The notes below the pieces were generated by a model, which worked only from the letters and a program-made list of their open reading frames with translations, did no database searches and was not told the origin of the DNA. DNA of 64,000 nucleotides from an uncultured Alphaproteobacteria bacterium (lineage in GTDB: Bacteria; Pseudomonadota; Alphaproteobacteria; HIMB59; GCA-002718135). The translations under genes and the position numbers were made by a program. Shown here piece after piece: positions 35,354 to 43,340 of this stretch. Position 1 is the stretch's first letter, and the number at the start of each line of letters is the position of its first letter. Location of the stretch: assembly GCA_902530685.1 (NCBI GenBank), contig CACAAZ010000002.1, forward strand, positions 2,103 to 66,102, given 5' to 3'.

Positions 35354-36325
35354 TTAATTAGTTTGCCGTATTATAAATAAATTACCATCATGATCACTTA
35401 TCTGCCTGATTGAACGTAGTGAATTTTTTGGTACTGAAAAGGTATCTTTTTCTTTAATTACTACTTTATCTCCATCACAATCTATTTCCCATTCGCCAGA
35501 TAAACAATGATACACTTCTGATTTCTCTAGTTTGTATTCATGTATATGAGCACTCTTGCCGTTCAGAAGTGAAAGGCTAAAACCTGTTGAATGCGGTATA
35601 TTTGGAGTAAAAGATTTATCATGAATTTGAAACTGATCAATATAGTTAATAATTTTATTAGATTGATAGTGATCATCATCAACAAAGTATTTATCTTTAT
35701 CATTAAATCGAATAACAAATTTTTCTATGTCTTCTGAAGAGTAATGATCGAAACTCTCTAATTCATTATCTTTTAGTGGTTGAATAATTTTAGTCTCATC
35801 TGTTATTTTTTGTTTCTCCGTGTCAATTAAAGAATTATCATTCATTAATACCATGCCAGATTTTTTTGCATCTTTTAAAAGTTTAGGCGTCCAAGTAATA
35901 ACACCTGGATCATTTTCACCTAACACAACAAACATTAGCGCCTCTTCATCACTTACATTTTGAAAACCTCTGAACATGTTTGTAGGAAAAGAAGCAATAT
36001 CACCTTTTTTTAGGATCACTTCTCCCTCTGTGCCATCAACGCCCCAGTAAAAACGCCAAGCACCTGAATGAATAATAAAAACTTCTGCAGTTGTATGACT
36101 ATGTAAACCAGAACCATTCATTGGAGCAGCGCTTACCGCACCAATATTAAATCCATGTTCTTCAGGTATTTTAACGTTTTGTTTAGCATCTTCACTGACA
36201 CCAGGGCCAATTACTGAATAGTTTTTTCTATCTTGATGGCCTTTTAATTTTCCCTCAACAAATGGAATATTACTAGGAATAAGTTCATCGAATTTTGCTA
36301 ATCTAGATGTAATATTAATTGACAT
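35354..36325 (-). CDS. bicupin protein
   Basis: Two cupin motif-1-like blocks, GSGLHSHTTAEVFIIHSG and SAHIHEYKLEKSEVYHCLSG; beta-rich; 323 aa. Confidence 0.6.
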   Translation of the reverse strand: MSINITSRLAKFDELIPSNIPFVEGKLKGHQDRKNYSVIGPGVSEDAKQNVKIPEEHGFNIGAVSAAPMNGSGLHSHTTAEVFIIHSGAWRFYWGVDGTEGEVILKKGDIASFPTNMFRGFQNVSDEEALMFVVLGENDPGVITWTPKLLKDAKKSGMVLMNDNSLIDTEKQKITDETKIIQPLKDNELESFDHYSSEDIEKFVIRFNDKDKYFVDDDHYQSNKIINYIDQFQIHDKSFTPNIPHSTGFSLSLLNGKSAHIHEYKLEKSEVYHCLSGEWEIDCDGDKVVIKEKDTFSVPKNSLRSIRQISDHDGNLFIIRQTN

Positions 36326-36340
36326 ATTGTTATGATCTTT

Positions 36341-36359
36341 TATTCATTTTTTTTGAATA
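36341..36359. promoter_or_regulatory. candidate operator variant TATTCA-N7-TGAATA (copy 3)
   Basis: Read directly; lies immediately next to copy 4. Confidence 0.4.
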
Positions 36360-36360
36360 T

Positions 36361-36378
36361 TATTCAAAATAATGAATA
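36361..36378. promoter_or_regulatory. candidate operator TATTCA-N6-TGAATA (copy 4)
   Basis: Perfect palindrome between the bicupin gene (ATG 36325, -) and 36417 (+). Confidence 0.5.
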
Positions 36379-36416
36379 AATCAATTATTATTTAACAATA
36401 GTGTTATTAAATTATT

Positions 36417-37514
36417 ATGGCAAATAAAATACAAAACTTTGATACAGGTGAAAAAGGTAACTCAAAAATAATTCATTTAGATCTTGATCCAAAAATAAAT
36501 ATCGAAAACAAAATATATTTTAAAAATTTATTAAATAAAATTGCTGAATGTTCTATTGAAGATTTAGAAGATAATCTTGAAAATTTATATCACGTAGATG
36601 CAGAGCTTAATGGCTTTCATCCAGTTAATGAAATTAAGGGAATTGAAGAAATAAAAAATAAATATTTAATACCTTTAAAGAAAGCATTTCCTGATCTTGA
36701 AAGAAGAAATAATCTTGTTATTGGTGGAGCATTCAGAGATAAAGTTTTTGTTTCATTTGTTAGTCATTTAACTGGAACATTTTCAAATGAATGGTTAGGC
36801 GTTAAACCAACAAACAAAACAATTCATCTTCGAACATGTGAAGCACATCAAATAACTAATAACAAAATAATAAAATCCTACACATTGATTGATACTGTAG
36901 ATTTTATTCGTCAGGCTGGTCATTGGCCCATTAATAATTCTCTTGGTGTAGAGGGTATGTGGCCTTCTCCTATCACAGGTGATGGAGAAAATAATCAAAA
37001 TTTAGATAAGGAATTATCTCTTCAATCTTTAAATCAAGATTTAACTATGCAAAGAAGTTTAAATATTAAACCCGAGACTGAACCAGGTCTTACAAAAGAT
37101 CAAATAAGAGAAAAATTAATTAATCATCCTCAACAAGATTATTGGCATCCAAAAATGATGTGGTATGGACCAAGTGGTATAGGCACAGCTAGAGGTTTAG
37201 ATGGTTTTGTTGATCATCACCAACTCCCATTTAGACTTACATTTAAGGACAGAGATTATTGGAAAATCGGTCATTATATTGAAATTGGAGATGGAAATTA
37301 TTCTATGACTGGGGGTTGGCATAGTATCCAATGTGTCCATGGATCTAGTGATTGGCTAGGGTATGAACCAACTCATAAAAAAATAACAATGAGAGTAATG
37401 GATTTTTATTTACATCATGAAGGACTTATTAGGGAAAATTGGGTACCAATTGATATAGCACACATACTTGATCAAATAGGTATTGATATCTTTAAATTAA
37501 TTCATAAAAAATAA
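36417..37514 (+). CDS. tandem SnoaL/NTF2-like two-domain protein (type 2)
   Basis: Signatures [32 protein letters not shown] and [14 protein letters not shown]...[22 protein letters not shown]. Confidence 0.65.
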   Translation: MANKIQNFDTGEKGNSKIIHLDLDPKINIENKIYFKNLLNKIAECSIEDLEDNLENLYHVDAELNGFHPVNEIKGIEEIKNKYLIPLKKAFPDLERRNNLVIGGAFRDKVFVSFVSHLTGTFSNEWLGVKPTNKTIHLRTCEAHQITNNKIIKSYTLIDTVDFIRQAGHWPINNSLGVEGMWPSPITGDGENNQNLDKELSLQSLNQDLTMQRSLNIKPETEPGLTKDQIREKLINHPQQDYWHPKMMWYGPSGIGTARGLDGFVDHHQLPFRLTFKDRDYWKIGHYIEIGDGNYSMTGGWHSIQCVHGSSDWLGYEPTHKKITMRVMDFYLHHEGLIRENWVPIDIAHILDQIGIDIFKLIHKK

Positions 37515-37516
37515 TT

Positions 37517-38839
37517 ATGGCAATAGAATATTTAAAAAAAGGATTAGATGAAAAACAAAGAATTGAAGATAATGATAAAGTAAAAAAAATTGTTGAGGAA
37601 ACATTAAGTAAAATTGAGTCAGAAGGCGATAAACATATTAGAGAGTTATCTCAAAAATTTGATAACTATTCTCCAGATAGTTTTCGATTAAGTGAAGATC
37701 AAATTAATCAATTAATGAGTGAAGTCTCTGATGATGACAAAGAAGATATAAAATTTGCTCAAAAACAAGTGCGATCATTTGCTGAAGCACAACTCAAAAC
37801 TTTAAGTGAATTAGAAGTAGAAACGCATCCAGGTGTGATTCTTGGTCATAAAAATATACCAGTACAAGCAGTTGGATGTTATGTCCCTGCAGGAAAATTC
37901 CCAATGGTAGCTTCTGCCCATATGTCAGTTGTTACTGCCTCTGTTGCTGGTGTACCAAGAATAGTAGCCACTACTCCACCTTTTAAAGGTAAACCAAATC
38001 CAGCAGTTGTTACAGCAATGAAAATGGGAGGTGCTCACGAAATTTATGTCTTAGGAGGAATGCAAGGAGTTGGTGCGATGGCTATTGGTACAGAAACAAT
38101 TAAACCTGTAGATATGCTTGTTGGACCCGGCAATGCATTTGTTGCTGAAGCAAAAAGACAATTGTATGGCAAAGTTGGTATCGATTTATTTGCTGGTCCA
38201 ACTGAAACAATGGTTATTGCAGATGAAACTGTTGATGGTGAAATATGTGCAACAGACTTATTAGGACAAGCAGAACATGGATATAATTCTCCTGCAGTAA
38301 TGATAACAAACTCAAGAAAACTTGCAGAAGAAACATTTAAAGAAATTGATAGAATTTTACAAATTTTACCTACTAAAGAAACAGCAAGTACTAGCTGGAG
38401 AGATTATGGAGAAATGATTTTATGTGATACTTATGAGGAGATGTTGTCTAAAGCAAATGATATAGCCTCAGAGCACGTTCAAGTTATGACAAAAAAAGAT
38501 GATTGGTTTTTAGAAAATATGACATCTTATGGAGCTCTATTTTTGGGTGCTAGAACTAATGTTGCTAATGGTGATAAAGTCATAGGTACTAACCATACTC
38601 TTCCTACTAAAAAAGCTGGAAGATATACTGGTGGTTTGTGGGTCGGTAAGTTCATTAAAACCCACACTTATCAAAAGATTACAACCGATGAAGCAGCTAC
38701 ACTTATTGGAGAATATGGATCAAGACTTTCACACCTTGAGGGATTTATTGGTCACGCTGAACAATGTAATGTTAGAGTGAGAAGATATGGTGGACTTAAT
38801 ATTGAGTATGGGAAACCAGCATCAAAAATAAAAAATTAA
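37517..38839 (+). CDS. histidinol-dehydrogenase-family NAD-dependent dehydrogenase (HisD paralogue; HpsN-like candidate)
   Basis: HisD hallmark blocks [32 protein letters not shown] and EGFIGHAE; located outside any his-operon context. Confidence 0.8.
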   Translation: MAIEYLKKGLDEKQRIEDNDKVKKIVEETLSKIESEGDKHIRELSQKFDNYSPDSFRLSEDQINQLMSEVSDDDKEDIKFAQKQVRSFAEAQLKTLSELEVETHPGVILGHKNIPVQAVGCYVPAGKFPMVASAHMSVVTASVAGVPRIVATTPPFKGKPNPAVVTAMKMGGAHEIYVLGGMQGVGAMAIGTETIKPVDMLVGPGNAFVAEAKRQLYGKVGIDLFAGPTETMVIADETVDGEICATDLLGQAEHGYNSPAVMITNSRKLAEETFKEIDRILQILPTKETASTSWRDYGEMILCDTYEEMLSKANDIASEHVQVMTKKDDWFLENMTSYGALFLGARTNVANGDKVIGTNHTLPTKKAGRYTGGLWVGKFIKTHTYQKITTDEAATLIGEYGSRLSHLEGFIGHAEQCNVRVRRYGGLNIEYGKPASKIKN

Positions 38840-40710
38840 ATTTTATTATATTGTTTTAAATAAAGGATGACCTCATCTGCTAATTCTTCTGCAGATTTTA
38901 TTTTTGTTTCCAAAACAATTTCAGGTGATGACGGTATTTCATAATTTGAGTCAATCCCAGTAAAATTTTTTAATTTGCCAGATCTAGCTTTTTTATACAA
39001 ACCTTTTGGATCTCTTTTTTCACACTCCTCTATTGAGGTATCAACATATATTTCTATAAATTCATCACTCTCTAGTAATTCACGAGCCATTTTTCTTTCA
39101 GAATTAAAAGGTGAAATAAAAGAAACAATTGTTATTAGTCCAGCATCAACCATTAATCTAGATACTTCTGAAATTCTCCTTATATTTTCAACACGATCTA
39201 CATCTGTAAATCCTAAATCTTTGTTTAATCCATGTCTCACATTGTCACCGTCTAATAAGTAAGTATGTTTTCCTAGTTTATGTAACTTTTGCTCAATTAT
39301 ATTAGCTATAGTAGATTTTCCTGACCCTGATAATCCTGTAAACCATAAAACACATGGCTTTTGCCCGTTAATAGAGGATCGTAAGTTTTTATTTATTGAC
39401 ATTTGATGCCATGAAATATTTGATGCTCTTCTTAGTTCATGCTCAATAACACCTGCTCCTACAGTTTGATTATTGAATTGGTCAATTATTACAAAACTTC
39501 CTAATTTTTTATTATTTTTATAGGGATTAAAAATTGTATTTTTATTTAATGCAACTTTGGCATATCCAATTTCATTCAAGTTTAAAAATTTTGAAGCAAT
39601 TTTTTCGAATGAATTTATATTTATTTTATGAACTAAATCTGTGATCTTTCCTATTGTTTGAAAGTTTATAAATTTAAAGATATAATTTCTTTCAGGTATC
39701 ATATGTTCTTTATTCATCCAAATTATATGGGATGCAAATTGATCAGATAAAAAATAATTATGATTTTTAACAGAGCATAATAATTCACCTCTAGAAATAT
39801 CAACTGCTCTATCTAATGTTAGTGTTACCGCTTGCTCTTTAACGGCAAAGTCACTCTCTCCTTTTGGAGTTAATATTTTAATAATTTTAACTTTCTCTTT
39901 ACTTGAAAGGACATGAACCTCATCATTAACTTTTATTTTTCCTGAAGTGATTGTACCGCTATATCCTCTAAAATCAGAGCTTGATCTATTAACAAATTGA
40001 ATCGGTAATGAAAAAATTTCTTCTTCTAAAGATTCATTTAGACTAATTTCTTCAAGTTCATCTATTAAAGATTTTTCATTGTACCAGTTTATGTTTGAAT
40101 TTTTTTGAAATACATTATCACCAACTAATGCAGATATTGGAATAAACTTTTGTAAATTAAATTTAAATTCACTAGAAAATTTTTTAAAAGAAGAAATAAT
40201 ATCTTTAAATTTTTTTTGATCATAATTAATTAAATCCATTTTATTTACCGCAACTATAATATTTTCAATTCCAAGAAGAGATAAAATAAATGTGTGTCTT
40301 TTAGTTTGGTCAAGAATACCTTTAGTTGCATCAACTAATATAATTCCAACATCTGAGTTCGATGCTCCTGTAACCATATTGCGAGTGTATTCCTCATGGC
40401 CAGGAGTATCAGCAATAATAAATTTACATTTTTCAGTCTCAAAATAACGATAAGCAACATCTATAGTTATTCCCTGCTCTCTTTCAGCTTGTAAACCATC
40501 AATTAATAATGCTAAATCAATTTGCTTACCTTGTGTTCCATACTTTTCACTTTCAATCTTAATTTGAGTTAGCTGATCACTATAAATATTTTTTGAATCA
40601 AATAATAGTCTGCCAATAAGTGTTGATTTACCATCATCTACGGAACCACAAGTTAAAATTTTTAATTGTTTTTTATTATTTTGATTTTGAAAAAAAGTTT
40701 CTATATCCAT
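38836..40710 (-). CDS. cysNC: bifunctional sulfate adenylyltransferase subunit 1 / adenylylsulfate kinase
   Basis: GTPase motifs [17 protein letters not shown] and NKMD; C-terminal APS-kinase P-loop [11 protein letters not shown]. Confidence 0.9.
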   Translation of the reverse strand: MDIETFFQNQNNKKQLKILTCGSVDDGKSTLIGRLLFDSKNIYSDQLTQIKIESEKYGTQGKQIDLALLIDGLQAEREQGITIDVAYRYFETEKCKFIIADTPGHEEYTRNMVTGASNSDVGIILVDATKGILDQTKRHTFILSLLGIENIIVAVNKMDLINYDQKKFKDIISSFKKFSSEFKFNLQKFIPISALVGDNVFQKNSNINWYNEKSLIDELEEISLNESLEEEIFSLPIQFVNRSSSDFRGYSGTITSGKIKVNDEVHVLSSKEKVKIIKILTPKGESDFAVKEQAVTLTLDRAVDISRGELLCSVKNHNYFLSDQFASHIIWMNKEHMIPERNYIFKFINFQTIGKITDLVHKININSFEKIASKFLNLNEIGYAKVALNKNTIFNPYKNNKKLGSFVIIDQFNNQTVGAGVIEHELRRASNISWHQMSINKNLRSSINGQKPCVLWFTGLSGSGKSTIANIIEQKLHKLGKHTYLLDGDNVRHGLNKDLGFTDVDRVENIRRISEVSRLMVDAGLITIVSFISPFNSERKMARELLESDEFIEIYVDTSIEECEKRDPKGLYKKARSGKLKNFTGIDSNYEIPSSPEIVLETKIKSAEELADEVILYLKQYNKI

Positions 40711-41609
40711 TAAAAATAACCTTCTTGTTTTTTTTTCTCCATAGATCCAATTTGATCATTATCAATTAATCTTCCTTGTCTTTCTGAATATTTTGACTCT
40801 AGTAATTCAATAATGATTTCTTCAACATTAGTTGCATCAGACTCCACAGCGGCAGTTAATGGATAACAGCCCAATGTTCTAAATCTTACTTTTTTTTGTT
40901 CTATTTTTTCATTTTCCCTAATTTTTAAACGATCATCATCAACCATAATCATCATATCATTTCGTCTAATAACTGATCTTATTTTGGAAAAATATAACGG
41001 GACAAGTGGAATATTTTCCTGATAAATGTATTGCCAAATATCTATTTCAGTCCAATTAGATAATGGAAAAACTCTAACACTTTCATCTTTATCTATATTA
41101 GTATTGAACAAATTCCAAAGCTCTGGTTTTTGATTTTTTGGATCCCAACGATGTTTTTTGTCTCTGAATGAAAAAATTCTTTCTTTTGCTCGTGATTTTT
41201 CTTCGTCCCTTCTCGCACCTCCAAATGCAGCATCAAATTTATATTTATCTAATGCTTGAATTAATGACTGTGTTTTCATTATATCTGTATGAATTTTTGA
41301 GCCACTAGAAATAGGATTTATATTATTTCGCACCCCTTCTTTGTTAATATGAACCAATAAGTCTAAATTATACTTCTTAACAGTCACATCTCTAAAGTTT
41401 ATCATTTCTTTAAATTTCCAAGTTGTGTCTATGTGCATTAATTTAAATGGAATTTTATTTGGATAAAAAGCTTTTTGAGCTAAATGGAGCATTACTGATG
41501 AATCTTTTCCAATCGAATAAAGCATTACAGGATTTTCAAATTCAGCTACTACTTCTCTGATTATATGAATGCTTTCAGATTCTAGTTTTTCAATATGTGA
41601 TAATTTCAT
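40710..41609 (-). CDS. cysD: sulfate adenylyltransferase subunit 2
   Basis: [35 protein letters not shown] and [10 protein letters not shown]. Start placed at MKLSH (ATG 41607..41609); the longer ORF reaches 41636. Confidence 0.9.
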   Translation of the reverse strand: MKLSHIEKLESESIHIIREVVAEFENPVMLYSIGKDSSVMLHLAQKAFYPNKIPFKLMHIDTTWKFKEMINFRDVTVKKYNLDLLVHINKEGVRNNINPISSGSKIHTDIMKTQSLIQALDKYKFDAAFGGARRDEEKSRAKERIFSFRDKKHRWDPKNQKPELWNLFNTNIDKDESVRVFPLSNWTEIDIWQYIYQENIPLVPLYFSKIRSVIRRNDMMIMVDDDRLKIRENEKIEQKKVRFRTLGCYPLTAAVESDATNVEEIIIELLESKYSERQGRLIDNDQIGSMEKKKQEGYF

Positions 41610-41610
41610 G

Positions 41611-42414
41611 CTAATCTGCTTTTGATAAATTTCCATAAGCTATAAAATCAGGATTTAAAATATCTTCTTTAGTATTGTATAAAATATCTTTGTTATCAAT
41701 TGTTTTCAATTTTCCTCCTGCTTCTTCTAAAATAATATGACCAGCAGCTATATCCCATTCGGAAGTTGGTCCCAATCTTGGATAAATATCAGCCTCACCC
41801 TCAGCAAGGATGCAAAACTTAAGAGAACTACCGATTGTGATTAGTTCAAAATTCGTAAATTTTTTTTCTACCCAATTCTGAAAATCTTTACTCGAATGTG
41901 ATCGACTACCAATAACCCTAGTAGTTATATTTTTCTCTTTTTTTATATTTATTTTATTAAAATCTTTTAAAGTACTTAAATTTGAATTAGTTTTTAATTT
42001 ATAACATCCATTATTTTTAAGTGCATAGTATAAAATAGATTTTGCAGGAGAATAAATTATTCCAAAAATTGGATAATTATTTTCAATCAATGAAATATTG
42101 ACCGTAAACTCTCCATTTCTATTTATAAATTCTTTTGTTCCATCTAGAGGATCTATAAGCCAATATGTATTCCAATCTTTTCTATTTTCCCAACTAACTA
42201 AACTTTCTTCACTCAAAATTGGGATGTTTGGCTCGAGTCTTTTTAATCTGTTAACTATTAAATTATTTGAATTTATATCAGCTTGTGTAATTGGTGATTT
42301 GTCTTTTTTAGAATTAACAATAATTTCATTATCATAGATCTTAAGTATTTCTCTTCCTGAATCTATTGCAATGTTTAAGAGTTCTAAAATTCGTTTTTCA
42401 TGGTTAAGTTTCAT
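41611..42414 (-). CDS. cysQ: 3'(2'),5'-bisphosphate nucleotidase
   Basis: Inositol-monophosphatase-fold motifs [13 protein letters not shown] and [16 protein letters not shown]; sits in the cysD/cysNC context. Confidence 0.8.
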   Translation of the reverse strand: MKLNHEKRILELLNIAIDSGREILKIYDNEIIVNSKKDKSPITQADINSNNLIVNRLKRLEPNIPILSEESLVSWENRKDWNTYWLIDPLDGTKEFINRNGEFTVNISLIENNYPIFGIIYSPAKSILYYALKNNGCYKLKTNSNLSTLKDFNKINIKKEKNITTRVIGSRSHSSKDFQNWVEKKFTNFELITIGSSLKFCILAEGEADIYPRLGPTSEWDIAAGHIILEEAGGKLKTIDNKDILYNTKEDILNPDFIAYGNLSKAD

Positions 42415-42421
42415 TTTTAAA

Positions 42422-43333
42422 TTAAATAAAGATAAAATATATATAACAAGCGTATAATATTAGACCTATACTTCCATAAATTCTTCCTATTTTTTTTACA
42501 AAGAACATAAAGCCTAAGGTTATAAAGGTAATTAAAAGCATGAAAAGTAAGTCTTGTGTGGCTATTATTTGTGGCATTGAAAATGGTCCAAAAAAAGAAC
42601 TGATACCTAATACACCAAGTACATTGTAAATATTTGAACCTAAAATATTACCAAGAGCAAAATCAACTTTTCTCTTTATAGCTGACATTATACCTACTAC
42701 TAATTCTGGTAGTGACGTTCCAAAGGCGATTATTGATAATCCAATTACAGCTTCTGAAACATTGAAATAATTTGCAATGCTAATAGCTGAGTTTACAAAT
42801 AATTCAGATCCATATATTAAAAATATAATTCCAATTAAAATTAAGAATATAGATAAAATCGTTGAATATTCACTTTTTTTTATTTCTTCTAAATCTAATG
42901 AGCCTTTTTTAAATTGTAGATACATAATTAAAATTAGCAAAATCATTGAAACAATTCCAAATAAGTAATTAAAATATAAAAAACTCATTAGAATTAAAGC
43001 GACTCCAAGACCTATGTTTATCCAAGCTTGATTAATTTGATTTTTAGTCACGTTAGATATTGGTAAAATAACAGCGGTAGCTGCCATAACTAATATTAAA
43101 TTTGCAATATTACTTCCAACTACCGCTCCAATTGCTAGATCTGCATGATTATTAATAACAGCATTAATGCTACTAGCTAATTCAGGTAATGAAGTGCCGC
43201 CAGCAACAATAACAACACCAATTGCAAATAATGAAATATTTAATTTTTTTCCAAAACTAACTGAGCCTTTTATAACTATTTCTGCACCAGCAACTAAAAG
43301 CAACAAACCTATAATTAGATATAAAAGATCCAC
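42422..43333 (-). CDS. CaCA-family cation/Ca2+ exchanger (YrbG-like)
   Basis: Two alpha-repeat motifs, GTSLPELASS and GTSLPELVVG, in a ~10-TM protein. Confidence 0.8.
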   Translation of the reverse strand: MDLLYLIIGLLLLVAGAEIVIKGSVSFGKKLNISLFAIGVVIVAGGTSLPELASSINAVINNHADLAIGAVVGSNIANLILVMAATAVILPISNVTKNQINQAWINIGLGVALILMSFLYFNYLFGIVSMILLILIMYLQFKKGSLDLEEIKKSEYSTILSIFLILIGIIFLIYGSELFVNSAISIANYFNVSEAVIGLSIIAFGTSLPELVVGIMSAIKRKVDFALGNILGSNIYNVLGVLGISSFFGPFSMPQIIATQDLLFMLLITFITLGFMFFVKKIGRIYGSIGLILYACYIYFIFI

Positions 43334-43340
43334 TAATAAA

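Noticed and set aside
37517-38839. Housekeeping histidinol dehydrogenase (hisD)
   Set aside because: No his genes are adjacent and the gene is tightly embedded in the SnoaL cluster. I kept it as a family-level call because the sequence alone cannot separate HisD from paralogues such as HpsN.
41610-41636. Longer cysD start (MEIYQKQIS...) overlapping cysQ by 26 nt, and similarly 19285..19335 as an extension of the MetE-like ORF into the sulfatase gene
   Set aside because: Downstream ATGs (41607..41609 and 19336..19338) begin at the conserved N-termini ([10 protein letters not shown].., MLTTVIGAYPKP..) and remove the overlaps. The longer forms cannot be strictly excluded.
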